From NCBI GenBank assembly GCA_032718475.1, contig JAUCBJ010000807.1:1-64000 (forward strand): a stretch of 64,000 nt of DNA, written 5' to 3'. Made by a program: the position numbers and the translations under genes. Source of the DNA: Nemertoderma westbladi (Eukaryota > Animalia > Xenacoelomorpha). Under the pieces are notes generated by a model. It worked only from the letters and a program-made list of their open reading frames with translations, did not search any database and had not been told where the DNA came from. Shown here piece after piece: positions 23,649-36,227 of the stretch. Numbering within the stretch: position 1 is the stretch's first letter; each line of letters begins with the position of its first letter.

Positions 23649-23866
23649 TTCAGAAATGGAAAAAATGAGAAAGAGCGTCACCGGGGGTTGAACCAGCGCT
23701 ATACGTACGTTTCACCCTATCAGGAGTGGATTAGGTGGGATAGTGAATGTCAGGGACAAGTGGCTGAACTAGTTAGCGCTACTGAAGAGGCCTGATAGGC
23801 TGAAACGTACGTATAGCGCTGGTTCAACCCCCGGTGACGCCCTTTCTCATTTTTTCCATTTCTGAA
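23649..23866. repeat. 76-bp inverted repeat (23649-23724 / 23791-23866), consistent with an inverted pLTR end of a Penelope-like element
   Basis: Arms differ at only about 2 positions and overlap the hammerhead motif. Confidence 0.85.
23774..23820 (+). ncRNA. Minimal type I hammerhead ribozyme
   Basis: AGCGCTA-CTGAAGA-G-GCCT-GAT-AGGC-T-GAAA-C-GTAC-G-TA-TAGCGCT: perfect 7-bp stem I, full catalytic core, palindromic loop 3, predicted GUA cleavage after 23813. Confidence 0.8.
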
Positions 23867-24177
23867 GACACGCATGAAGTATAGACTGAAGTAGAGTGTT
23901 GGGACACGATTGTATCCTGTGGATCATATTTGTGCCGGTTTTGAATATTTCTGCTGACAACGAATAACATCCGAGTAAAGAGTAGACTACAGCATTGCTC
24001 GCATATGACCCGAGAAACAATAGACCCCGGAGGATCTTGCGATCGCATGTGTTTCACGTCGAAAGACGTTTTGCGAAGGCTGACAGTTATTAATAAAGTT
24101 TCGTTTCATCGTTTCACCAGATGTTAGTGATCCGTTGTTTAGACGAGATAATAATTCCTTCTTGCAGTATGAGAATG

Positions 24178-26939
24178 TTAGGATGGATAGGATATCTGGC
24201 ATTGGGAAGGAGTTGGAACATTGTCGGTAGGCCCCACTGAGACTTGCAGTATGATAATCGTTGTCCTGTTTGCTACTGTTAATGAAAAGTGATAATCTAA
24301 GGAACGCACATATGGATTCACATTATCCTTCAAATTCCGGAATAAACAGACGAATTCGACATAATCGAAGGCACCAGTCGCAGTCACATCCAACTGATAT
24401 AGAAACACTGTGTTACCAGACCGACGCTTAGACTCCAAGAATTCTAACAAAGCACTTATAACCAAATCTGAGCCTATCTTCTTCTGATACGCAAATTGAG
24501 CGTTAGGAATCAAATCTTGTATCGGCAAAAATTCCAGAAGGACAATAGATTCAAATATTTTTCCGAACAGACTCACTGTGGCAATTTGTCTGAAAGATTT
24601 ATGATGTCACGTCCCTTTCCCTTATACAAACTTGTGAATATTGTTTCACCAAAAAACTAAGGTATATATATGTCCAGTTCTTAAACACACATTTATAATG
24701 TCTGCAAGAATTCTGCAAATAAAGTTAACGTCCAGGCTAAGCACATGTTCAATAACAAGGCCCATTGTATCTGGAGATTTGCCGGTGGATATAACCAAAA
24801 TTGCTCGCTGTAGTGTTGTAGCAGAGACAGTAGGTACCACCGCGTCTGGGCAGCTATTCTGCAAGTCCGATTTCAGTTCATTGATGGAAGTGTAGAACTC
24901 TTTACCTGGAAAATTTCTCTCTTCTAGTGCGGACCTTATCTTTTCCTGGGCATTTGTTGGTATTGTTCCACTCGTAATTTTATTAGAAGCAATGCTCTGC
25001 CAGAATTTGCTCGGATTTGAGGTCATTGTGGCTGCAACCTTCCTGGCATTGACTGAAACTAGATTTCTAGCAAGGAAATTTTTGAGACGCCGAACTGATT
25101 TTTTGGACTCCTGATACGCTTTACCATAATTGCTATCCATACATTAGCCATCATGACACCACAGGTTATATAGATCCTTTGTAGTTTTTGCCATTATATG
25201 TAACTTTGAAGATCTAATCCTTATGTTATTTGTCTTGCGTTTGTGTTTAATGGATGGCAGAAGTTTAGAAGCCGACTGACAAATTATCTGTTGGACCGAT
25301 TTGGCTACTTATCTACTTCAGTATTTTTCCACCGAGATGGATGCAAGTTGATGGAGGTGTACAATTCTTTAATCTCATGCTCTACTTTTAGCCGATAGTT
25401 CAGTTGATGTTGTGTTGTTACCCGTTTCCAGTCAACCCTAATTGGGCTAGGCATAGTTTTACTGCAATGAATTTCCTCTTTACATTAAATAATTTCTCAC
25501 GATCAATCCAAAACAAAACAGGAACATGATCCGAGAAAATTCCAGGTTCACATTCTAGGATGGATCCCCACGTAGTAAAACCCATGACCATTTTAGAAGA
25601 AATAATATGGTCTATGTATGAAGACCCATAGCCCTTAAAAGTGACAACTGGCCCAGTAAACATATCGTACGTATCCATCACAAGAAGCTCCTTGTTACTC
25701 AGGAATTCATTCAGACGACGTCCATGCCATGATGGTTTTTGTTTATTACACCTGGCCCCCTGCAACGATCCGATAACAGAATTGAGATCTCCTAAGATTA
25801 TCGGCAGAGCGTAGTCCACTGAATCCAATACATTATTGAGCCTTCCCAAGAATATCTCAAATTTCTCTGTGGGTTTGGATGAGTCTGGTGCATAACATCA
25901 TAATATCATTATCGGTGTTGACGTTGAGGTTGACTGATCAGGTGTAGGGTAAGCTAATATTCCTACAATGTCATCGCCGCTAGAGATAGTACTTGTCTTT
26001 GAGAAAATCCCTTTGCGATGCCATAAGCAAACTCCTCCAGCTCCATGTGTACGAGTTGGATTCTTCATCTGTTCACTGATAAAATAATTGCATTCAAAAT
26101 CATTGTTTAGGCCCGGTAATAGTAAATTCGCTTCAGTTTCATCCAACCAGTGCTCTTGCACTGCTAGAACATCCAAATTATTTAACAAATCTACAATATA
26201 ATCTGAGTTTGAGTTATAACCATGACAGTTAATAGTTCCAAAGCGCACTGCATTTGAATTAGTGCATTGAGCTGAATGCTGGGCGGAGTCACTAAACTCG
26301 GTACTGAAATTCTTTGGCCCCACTTGGACCTACTTTGTTCTCACTGGCTAAGGTTAATCCACCATTTCCAATCCCTTGTGGCCTATGGGGACTGGATCGT
26401 TGATAGTTTATATGCTCGTGATGCCCTGGAGTTTGAGCTCTGTAACTACCGGATCCCTGCCATATATTACTCGGCTGTTTCCATGTGTACATACTTCTCT
26501 TATGCTCGGATAATCTTCCACGATTATAAACCATACCAACCCTTGGAATTGCAGGCTGTTGATTCACTCGCCATTCGCGACATGAAATACCACATGGCCA
26601 GAAACTTGAACTGCAAACTCGCTCAAGGTTGTGTAAATCAATAACAATTCTCATGGATTTGTAAAGGTACCCTTGGCAAATTACTTGAATATTGTGAATC
26701 ATAATACCCCTACCAGAGAGGTATGATTGGACATCATCTTGATTAGTGCTGCAAGCTATCCGAGTCACGAATAAGTAGGCATAGTATAGTGAAACTGAGC
26801 CTATATGACTACTATTATTAAGTTCACCAGTTGGTCGATTACCATATATATTCTTCTGTTCAGTACTTCGATTATTCTCAGCACTTTGTGGTCGATTACC
26901 GTACTCATTATTCTGTTGATTGTGTTGCTTATGCTCCAA
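24178..26939 (-). mobile_element. Degenerate two-ORF non-LTR retrotransposon (ORF1 C-terminus, APE, partial RT)
   Basis: ORF1-type LFVTRI...SSFWPCGISCREW; APE FGTINCHG, LAVQEHWL, LGDLNS, SYIDHI, SDHVPV; RT GKSPD, SLFGKIFE, QFAY, LDV..GAFDYV; many stops and frameshifts. Confidence 0.8.
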
Positions 26940-27009
26940 ACTTTCTTGGCCAGAGGGTTGGTATCTAGAAGTAGGATTCCTCCTTTGATCCCCTCCTAGT
27001 TTATCCCTT

Positions 27010-27422
27010 AACTATTATACGAGGGACACGCGTGGGCAGTGGGGATCAAACTATTACACTAGGGACGAGCGTGGGCAGTAGGGATCAAACTATTACACGA
27101 GGGACGCGAGTGGGCAGTGGGGATAAAACTATTACACGAGGGACGCGCGTGGGCAGTGGGGATCAAACTATTACACAGGGGACGCGCGTGGGCAGTGGGG
27201 ATAAAACTATTACACGAGGGATGCGTGTGGGCAGTGGGGATCAAACTATTACACAGGGGACGCGCGTGGGCAGTGGGGATCAAACTTGTACGGAGGGCGC
27301 GTGTGGGCAATGGGGATCAAACTATTACACGAGGGACGCGCGTGGGCAGTGGGGATCAAATTATTGCACGAGGGACTCGCGTGGGCAGAAGGGATCAAAC
27401 TATTACACGAGGAATACGCGTG
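27010..27422 (+). repeat. 39-bp minisatellite, ~10 copies
   Basis: Unit GGGCAGTGGGGATCAAACTATTACACGAGGGACGCGCGT. Confidence 0.95.
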
Positions 27423-27470
27423 GCACTCAAAGGGCCCTATGTCCTTTGATGTTGCAATACGTACACTGAG

Positions 27471-28895
27471 CTACGAAGCGACAGCAGGTGTAGAAAGTGT
27501 GTGACTGTGTTTGAGTTGTACGTGTGCGTCCAGTATCATAGCGCGCTGTAACTCATGGTGTTGCGGTATGATGATAGGATACCTAAAGTCTAGTGCAAAG
27601 TCAATGTTTTGGAGTCTGGACTTGTGACAAAGCAAGCCCTTGTAAATTATTGGACTCCAACTCAAGATCGGTGAAAACTTGATCTGTTTACCCTGATTGA
27701 TTGCTGTGAACTCTCGTGGGAAATATCGCAATTGATAATGTTTAATAATATCAACTTCACAATTACCAATTTCATCCAAATTAAGTCTTCTTGGAAAGTC
27801 GCGTTTGCCTCTGGCATATTGTCTCAAACGTTTGAGCCATGCTAACTTGCGGCACGCGTCCGTCCATGATGTAGTTAGGTTAACTATCCTGTCAACGTAA
27901 GTGTTGGTGACATGGGCATCCTACAAAATCCGCAAGCAACTGTTGTCGTGGCTGTTTGGTGCCTATTGGCGTCAGAACCTTGGAAGTGTCCGTTGGGGTG
28001 GCATAGATCACGGCTTTCGCGTTCGTTGGAAGTTGTTTGGTCCAAATCGGCGTAACTATAGCTATTCCTTCTGCCGCTATGTGGTGGTCTATATAGTTAG
28101 ACCTTGTCTCAACCACGGCCTCTCGCGAAATCAACTGGTAAATGTGGGTGAGTTTCAGTAGCCTGCCAGCCTCTTCACGCTGGTACTCTATCCATCGCCA
28201 TTCTCAGCATAACCAATGATGAGTCTGCCAATGATCCTAATTAGAACTGTCGGCACATTGGCGTACTCGAGTTGACCGATGGACCGTAAAGTCCCTATAG
28301 CGTTTTTGATCTCATCCGCGAGTCGTAGAAGATCGATCAGTTTCGAAATAAGTCCGCCTCTACAGAGGTCTTCTATAATGCCTATAATGTCTTCTATTAG
28401 CCATGACCACATTACTGCCGTATATGGAAAATAAATGGTCGTATGCCAACTCAAAGGCGTTCGGAACACCAATGAAGGTCTCTGCTAATCTCTTCGGCTC
28501 ACCGGATAGAACTTGGAGCAAGTAATTAAACTTCTCCGTCGAGGTGAAGGCACACATAGCGATCTAGGACTCTACATAGTTTACCAGTGTACGCCAGTGT
28601 TTCGCGTTGCCAGAGAACTTAGGCGGTTGTTGTGCTGGTAATCCGTGTCTGGCTGCAAACTTAGCAATCTTGTTGACTAAGTCCAACTGTCCGTGTCCCT
28701 TTTCGGTAATAGCGTCCAGTCGTTCCCGTCCACGCATTGTTCATCAGTATGAGATGTTAATGGGATCTTCTCCTCGATGGTTCGGAGTTTGTCTGGCCTC
28801 CGGTTCTCTATATGGTGGTCGATGTGGTCTAGGTCATTCCAATTCCATGCTGGTCCGTGATCTATCCGATGATGGGGCTTCGAGCTGCTCTTCGA
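27471..28895 (-). pseudogene. Heavily deleted BEL/Pao retrotransposon remnant (gag DUF1759-like region joined to the pre-integrase region)
   Basis: PPKFSGNAKHW, EKFNYLLQVLSGEPK (gag); IIKHYQLRYFPRE...RYPIIIPQHHEL...ILDAHVQLKH (pol). Confidence 0.7.
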
Positions 28896-28896
28896 T

Positions 28897-31800
28897 CTTG
28901 ACGCAGGAGATCCCTTGTCGCAGGAGACCCCTTGTCGCAGGAAATCCCTTGTCGCAGGAAATCCCTTGTCGCAGGAGATTCTCTTGCTGCAGGAGATCCT
29001 TGTCGCAGGAGATCTCCTTGTTGCAGGAGATCCTTGTTTCAGAAGATCCCTTGTCGCAGGAGATCTCCTTGTCGCAGGAGATTCCTTGACGCAGGAGATT
29101 CCTTTGTCGCAGGAGATCCCTTGTCGCAGGAGATTCCTTGTCGCAGGAGATTATCTTGCTGAAGGAGATCCTTGTTGCATGAGATCCCTTGTTGCAGGAG
29201 ATCTCTTGACGTAGGAGATCTCCTTGTCGCAGTAGATCCCCTTGTTGCAGTAGATCTCCTTGCTTCAGGAGATCTACTGCAACAAGGGGATCTACTGCGA
29301 CAAGGAGATCTCCTGCGTCAAGAGATCTCCTGCGACAAGGGATCTCATGCAACATGGATCTCCTTCAGCACATAATCTCCTGCGACAAGGGATCTCCTGC
29401 AACAAGGGAATCCCCTACGCCAAGGGAATCTCCTGCGACAAGGGATCTCATGCAACAAGGATCTTCTTCAGCAAGAGAATCTCCTGCGACAAGGGATCTG
29501 CTACGACAAGGGAATTTCCTGTTCCTGCGTCAAGAGATCTCCTGCGACAAGGGAATCTCCTGCGTCAAGAGATCTCCTGCGACAAGGGATCTCCTGCGAC
29601 AAGGAGATCTACTGCGACAAGGAGATCTCCTGCGACAAGGAGATCTCCTGCGACAAGGAGATCTCCTGCGACAAGGAGATCTCCTGCGACAAGGGATCTT
29701 CTGCAACAAGGATCTCCTGCAACAAGCAGATCTACTGCGACAAGGGATCTCCTGCGTCAATGAGATATCCTGCAACAAGGAGATCTCCTGCGACAAGGGA
29801 ATCTCCTGCATCAAGGGATCTCCTGCGACAAGTAGATCTCCTGCGTCAATGAGATATCCTGCAACAAGGAGATCTCCTGTAACAAGGAGATCTCCTGCGA
29901 TAAGGGAATCTCCTGCGTCAAGGGATCTCCTGCAACAAGGAGATCTCCTGCGACAAGGAGATCTACTGCGACAAGGGATCTTCTGCAACAAGGATATCCT
30001 GCAACAAGGATATCTCCTGCGATAAAGAGATCTACTGCGATAAGGGTATCTACTGCGACAAGGAGATCTCCTGCGACAAGAGATTTCCTGTGTCAAGGGG
30101 ATCTCTTGCGACAAGGGTTCTCCTGCGACAAGGATATCTACGGCGACAAGGGATCTCATGCGACAAGGAGATCTCCTGCGACAAGGGAATCTCCTACGAC
30201 AAGGGAATCTCCTGCGACAAGGGATCACATGCAACTCAAGGAGATCTCCTGCGACAAGGGTTCTCATGCAACAAGTATATCCTGCAGCCACGGGATCTCC
30301 TGCGACAAAGAGTTCTACTGCGACAAGGGGATCTCCTGCGACAAAGAGATCTCCTGCGACAAGGGATCTCATGCAACAAGGATCTCCTGCAGCAAGAGAA
30401 TCTTCGGAGACAAGGGATCTCCTGCGACAAGGGGTCTCCTGCGACAAGGGATCTCCTGCGTCAAGAGATCTCCTACGACAAGGGATCTCATGCAACAAGG
30501 ATCTCCTGCAGCAAGAGAATCGCCTGCGACAAGGAGATCTCCTGCGACAAGGGATCTCCTGCGATAAGGAGATCTTCTGCGACAAGGGAATCTCCTACGA
30601 CAAGAGAATCTTCTGCGATAAGGAGATCTCCTGCAACAAGGAGATCTCCTGCGACAAGGAGATCTACTGCGACAAGGAGATATCCTGCAACAAGGAGATC
30701 TCCTGCAGCAAGGAGATCTCCTGCAACAAGGAGATCTACTGCGACAAGGGATCTTCTGCAACAAGGATCTCCTGCAACAAGGAGATCTACTGCGACAAGG
30801 AGATCTCCTGCGACAAGGAGATCTCCTGCGACAAAGAGATCTCCTGCGACAAGGGATCTTCTGCAACAAGGATCTCCTGCAACAAGGAGATCTACTGCGA
30901 CAAGGGATCTCCTGTGACAAGGGAATCTCCTGCGTCAAGGGATCTCCTGCGACAAGGAGATCTCCTGCGACAAGTAGATCTCCTGCGTCAAGAAGATCTA
31001 CTGCGATAAGGGAATTTCCTGCGTTAAGGGATCTCATGCAACAAGGAGATCTCCTGCGACAAGGAGAACTCCTGCGACATGGAGATCTCCTGCGACAAGG
31101 GATCTCATGCAACAAGGATCTCCTGCTGCAAGGGGATCTCCTGCGACAAGGAGTTCTACTGCGACAAGGGATTCTACTGCGACAAGGAGATCTCCTGCGA
31201 CAAGGGATCTCATGCATCAAGGATCTCCTGCAGCAAGAGAATCTTCTGCGACATGGGATCTCCTGCGACAAGGGGTTCTCCTGCGACACGGAGATCTACG
31301 GCGACAAGGAGATCTCCTGTGACAAGGGGATCTCCTGCATCTTCTGCTCTAAGAGCATCTCCTGCGACAAGGGGTTCTCCTGAGACAAGGAGATCTACGG
31401 CGACAAGGAGATTTCCTGTGACAAGCGGATCTCCTGCGTCTTCTGCTCCAAGAGGATCTCCTGCAACAAGGGATCTCCTGCAACAAGGGATCTCCTGCAA
31501 CAAGGGAATCTCCTGCGTCAAGGGATCTCATGCAACAAGGAGATCTCCTGCGACAAGGAGATCTCATGCGACATAGAGATCTCCTGCGACAAGGAATCTC
31601 ATGCAACAAGGATCTCCTGCAGCAAGATAATCACCTGCGACAAGGGATCTCCTACAACAGGGGAATCTTCTGCGTCAAGGGATCTCATGCAACAAGGAGA
31701 TCTCCTGCGACAAGGAGATCTCGTATGCCTCAAAGAGATCTCCTGCGACAAGGGATCTCATGCAACAAGTATATCCTGCAGCCACGGGATTTCCTGCGAC

Positions 31801-32340
31801 AAGGAGTTCTACTGCGACAAGGGGATCTCCTGCGACAAAGAGATCTCCTGCGACAAGGGATCTCATGCAACAAGGATCTCCTGCAGCAAGAGAATCTTCG
31901 GCGACAAGGGATCTCCTGCGACAAGGGGTTCTCCTGCCACAAGGAAATCTACGGCGACAAGGAGATCTCCTGTGACAAGGGGATCTCCTGCTTCTTCTGC
32001 TCCAAGAGCATCTCCTGCGACAAGGAGATCTACGTCGACAAGGGAATCTTCTGCGTCAAGGGATCTCTTGCGACAAGGGATCTCATGCAACAAGGATCTC
32101 CTGCAGCAAGAGAATCTCCTGCAACAAGGGATCTCCTTTGACAATGGAATCTCATGCGACAAGGGATCTCATGCAACAAGGATCTCCTGCAGCAAGAGAA
32201 ACGCCTGCGACAAGGAGATCTCCTGCGACAAGGGATCTCCTGCGATAAGGAGATCTTCTGCGACAAGGGAATCTCCTACGACAAGGGAATCTCCTGCGTC
32301 AAGGGAATCTCCTACGACAAGAGAATCTCCTGCGACAAGG
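28897..32340. repeat. ~3.4-kb satellite of a 17-19-bp unit (GGAGATCTCCTGCGACAA) with an orientation switch at about 29263
   Basis: 28897-29260 reads TTGTCGCAGGAGATCTCC; from 29266 it reads GGAGATCTCCTGCGACAA; the centre forms the hairpin GTTGCAGTAGATCTCCT-TGCTTC-AGGAGATCTACTGCAAC. Confidence 0.95.
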
Positions 32341-32489
32341 ATAGAGTAGGCCTACTATCCAACACATAAACGGACTCCCAGCATTAATTTAATCAATAAA
32401 ATGGCATCTAACTGAATAGAGTAGGCCTACTATCCAACATATAAACGGACTCCCAGCATTAATTTAATCAATAAAATGGCATCTAACTG
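32341..32489 (+). repeat. Tandem ~75-bp duplication spanning the LDLa gene 5' UTR and start codon
   Basis: ATAGAGTAGGCCTACTATCCAACA(C/T)ATAAACGGACTCCCAGCATTAATTTAATCAATAAAATGGCATCTAACTG occurs twice. Confidence 0.9.
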
Positions 32490-33246
32490 GTTACTCACTA
32501 TGTGTTTGCAGTGCACTATAATTAACATATACATCGCTAATACAGAGTCATCAGAGGGTAGTGATGGTGAACAATTTATGTGTGCTTCTGGCATCATCGA
32601 CGATGGCGCTTTTGATTTCCATGTTTCATTCATTCCAATAGCATCTTTATGCGATGGTAAGAACGACTGCGATGATGGAGGTGATGAGTCTTGGGAAATT
32701 TGTCCATGTCCGGAAGATATGTTTCGGTGCGTCAATGGATCCAACGGATATTACCATTCTTGTATACCAGGGAGTTGGAGGTGTGATGGTTTGGATCATT
32801 GCTCGGATGGTACAGACGAATCCGGATGTGATGAAGGACCTCCCACTGCTTCATACAACGAAACATGTTCTGAGGACCAATTTCTGTGTAGCGGTGGATC
32901 ACCGGGACCGTTTGGAAATTGTATCCTGAGATCCTTTCAATGCGATGGTTTCAATGATTGTTTCGATGGTGCAGACGAATCCGGGTGTGATGCTGATGAA
33001 GGATCCTCCACTGCTTTAAACAATCAAACATGTTCTGAGGATGAGTTAATATGTAGCAGTTATGGTTTACCCCCATATGGTAATTGTGTTGAAGATGAAG
33101 TCCATCAATGCCATACATGTCATGATGATATGTTCATGTGCCAAAAGGGATCCGACTTCACATCTATTAATCCCTGCATTTATGTTAGTTGGATATGTGA
33201 TGGTTATAATGACTGTTCTGATGGAGAAGATGAAATATTTTGCTGA
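32476..33246 (+). CDS. Intronless secreted protein made of 4-5 LDL-receptor class A (LDLa) repeats
   Basis: AAAATGG start, signal-peptide-like N-terminus, CDGKNDCDDGGDES, WRCDGLDHCSDGTDESGC, FQCDGFNDCFDGADESGC, WICDGYNDCSDGEDEIFC; no transmembrane segment; AATAAA at about 33353. Confidence 0.85.
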   Translation: MASNWLLTMCLQCTIINIYIANTESSEGSDGEQFMCASGIIDDGAFDFHVSFIPIASLCDGKNDCDDGGDESWEICPCPEDMFRCVNGSNGYYHSCIPGSWRCDGLDHCSDGTDESGCDEGPPTASYNETCSEDQFLCSGGSPGPFGNCILRSFQCDGFNDCFDGADESGCDADEGSSTALNNQTCSEDELICSSYGLPPYGNCVEDEVHQCHTCHDDMFMCQKGSDFTSINPCIYVSWICDGYNDCSDGEDEIFC

Positions 33247-33552
33247 AATATGGTTTTGGTTCATATTTACTGTGGCTGTCCTATACGGATGTGGTGAGGG
33301 GATTGTGCTAACTGTTTCCTATAATAAGAATCCATAAGAAGTCAAAAGTTTTAATAAAGAAAATATAAGTAAATAATAACAAAGATACACACCCAGGCGT
33401 GGTAAATTTGAAATGCAACCAGTAAAAACACAAGTGTATAATATTTAAGTAATAAGAGTTAATGATCAGTTGGCCTAGTTATCTAGAAGATGTTTTAGGC
33501 AAATAGGGAGTAAATATGGTACATAAGTTGCTTAATTGGTGCTAAGATTTAG

Positions 33553-34743
33553 TGTTCGCGCTTTTAGACCTTTAGCAGTTTAACCTGCCAATTTTAGGTG
33601 TCTTCTAGTTTATAAATCGACTTTAGCCTATAACAAGTATTTGATACACATAAAGTTACATTAGCCGAAGCCAGCCTAAGCGCGACCATTCACCCACGGT
33701 TAAGGGAGACTGGATTCGTATGCTCTGACCTTATTGCGATGTAGACTTACTGTACTATTCGATTGCTCGTTACTATAATATCTCTGACAAATATTATTCA
33801 CTTTCGGGAAATATTAACAGTTCCTTTAGGACGTGGCGCTCTAAGTATGTAAACAGAGTTATGACTTACACTAAACACAACGGGATGGCTATTGATTTTC
33901 GTATAAAGCGCATTCTTTAGGAAATGCTTTGTTATCTGTCACACTCATGCACACTACCGCACACTGCTGCACACTGATCTGCCGACCTTCACTAATTTTA
34001 ATCATATATAAGGAGAACAGCAACTGACACATGTAGGGTCTATGAAATAGCATTCAATTCACTCCAAAACCACTATAATGTAAGTCGCAATTGCTATATG
34101 TAACGGGTCCCTCTTACCTTCAGTATATCAAGAAGATTGGGGTTTTATGATTATTTATCGATATTCTCCAAATATAACAACATATTCATCAACTGATAAC
34201 AATTAATAACCGACAGTAAATAGCAGTAAAATAATGCGGTGAAAGATTGAGTTGATTTGTTTGCTTGAGTTTGCGTGACTCGTTTGGTTTGAGATAACAG
34301 TTATACGTTCCTATAATCAAAGCCTACAAAAGTTTTGCTAAAGTCTGAAACACAGAATAATTCCAAAGCCGATGTTCCAGGGCTCAGGAAAAGGTAAACA
34401 AAGACCGTAATGCATTGCGCGATCTTCCGTAGGCTTCTGTACAAGTTAAAATGAAAATCGCTCTGATTGGTCGAGCGAGCCGAACAAAGAAAGCCAAAAA
34501 GCTCCACATCGACATATCAGCTGGTAGATGTCGTCATCTGAACTACACTGTATTAAGAGTATTTTGACGCATTGCGGCATAAAATGGCTTGTTATGTCCG
34601 CTAAAGTACACATACAGAATAATGGCTTTTTATGTCCGCTAAAACACCTACACAGTAAGAAAAATGGCTTTTTATGTCCACTAAAATATCTACACAGTAC
34701 TTTGCGGGGAAAATGACTAGCTATATCCGCAAAGGCTTTTACA
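33553..34743 (-). repeat. 3' LTR of element A (~1.19 kb)
   Basis: 34017-34743 is a near-identical direct repeat of 48899-49617; the whole length aligns in reverse complement to 61091-62319, which defines both ends. Confidence 0.85.
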
Positions 34744-34821
34744 CCGCTCCCAGAAAATGGGATTTAATTCTATAAAATATAAAAAATCACAGTTTCTAAA
34801 TATAAAAAATACTCTAAACAG

Positions 34822-36227
34822 TTAGTCTTTCTTGCGCGGACGGCGTTTACGCAGTTTTTTGAGGCTAGTAAGATTCCTTTTCTCTTTGGGGCGAGCCACT
34901 TTACTAGGAGGGCTATAACTCCTGGGTGAAGGGTGCAATACAATTGCATCGGAAGGTTTAGAATTACGGTCGGTGTATCCGCCGGTCAAGGTACCCGGTT
35001 GATCGGTATCAACCTCAGTGGAACGAGGTCGAACAACCTTGAGAGCGCATTTTAAGACAGCAGCTCTTACTGGTCCCTGACGGGTCGTTTGCACGAAAGC
35101 GGTAGGTGGACCGTGTGTAGTGAGAAATTTCCTCGGTTTCATGATTCTTTTCAACTCGCATTCTCGGGCTCTATCGGAATCGATATGCTTCTCCTCGAGC
35201 TGATTTTCCTCCGCTTGTCGTTGGAAGCATTCGTCTAAAACTCTTTTAGAGAGTAGGGTCGCCCAAGTTCGATATCTTCTTAGAGATTCTGGATTTCCTG
35301 ATCGAACTGAGATAAAGCTAATTCGTTTACCGCTTGGACTTGCTGCTGAAATTTACGTTTCTCTAAACAAATGTAGGTTCCTTTTCTGATCTTTTGACGA
35401 ATAGTGTCCAACGCGTTTCGTACAACTCTCTCCTCCTCCTCGGTGACAGGTTGTATCGGGTTAAACCGGGACGATGATACGGTTGAATGGCGATATTAGA
35501 TGTCCGCGTCCCAATCCGGCTAGGTAAGATGGGCGAATATCTAGGGAGCCCACAACCGGAGTGCCACCGACTAACTGTTCGGGTAACACTAGATCTTTGA
35601 ACAGTGAGTACAGTTCGGGAGGATCCGTGATACTATTAGGATCAAGAGTCTGAGGTCTAACTAGGGAATGAGGAGGTCTGACCGAGTATTCCGGAACTCT
35701 GATCATAGGTTTATTTAAGGATCATTTGAGTCGAGCGAGCGTAGGTGATACATCGAACAAGTTTCGCTCGAAACTCCCATAAATATAGCGAGTAAAACCG
35801 TGTTTAGAGCAACGTCTCCGCGGATGTTTATGTCTTTCCGTTTGTTGGTTGGGTCTTGGGCATTCATCGCAATAATACCAAAGACGCACGTCTTGTAGGG
35901 GAAACGCGGGTGATATTTATTCGGTTTTACAATGTTTCTCTCAAGAATTCCAAATATACGTTGGAATTACAGCGTTTATCCGGTTCTTTAACGTCTTCTC
36001 TTTCGAGTCGATTTCGAATAGAATTTTCGCATTCGATTTTCAGTTTATCGTTCCGACTCCGCATATTTAAATAGTACCATTTTCCTTTCGGTGTCGACAT
36101 CGTCCGTATCGTGTAAATCGATAGGATGACCAGTAGTTAAGAAGTCCATATGCATAACATTACGATGCGTATAGCGAGTAGTGAATTTTCGATAGTCCAA
36201 TTCACGAGTGAGTTGCTCCTGGGACAT
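34822..36227 (-). pseudogene. Decayed accessory ORF of unknown function between integrase and 3' LTR of element A
   Basis: Consecutive sense-strand fragments 36045-36227, 35461-35706 and 34822-35154; the intervening frame reads WYYCDECPRPNQQTERHKHPRRRCSKHG (Cys/His motif); basic C-terminus. Confidence 0.45.

Noticed and set aside
27010-27422. Possible CRISPR array (also considered for 2494-2672, 11731-13076 and 52080-52612)
   Set aside because: Head-to-tail repeats without unique spacers, no cas genes, eukaryotic context.
28834-32369. Many ORFs with RRSPAT / QGDLLR / EISCDK repeats resembling protamine- or SR-like proteins
   Set aside because: Translations of the satellite; unit length varies (17-19 bp) so frames rotate constantly, and ORFs occur in all six frames.
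34301-34716. Short ORFs duplicated at 49175-49643
   Set aside because: They lie within the LTRs; identity reflects LTR duplication, not coding constraint.
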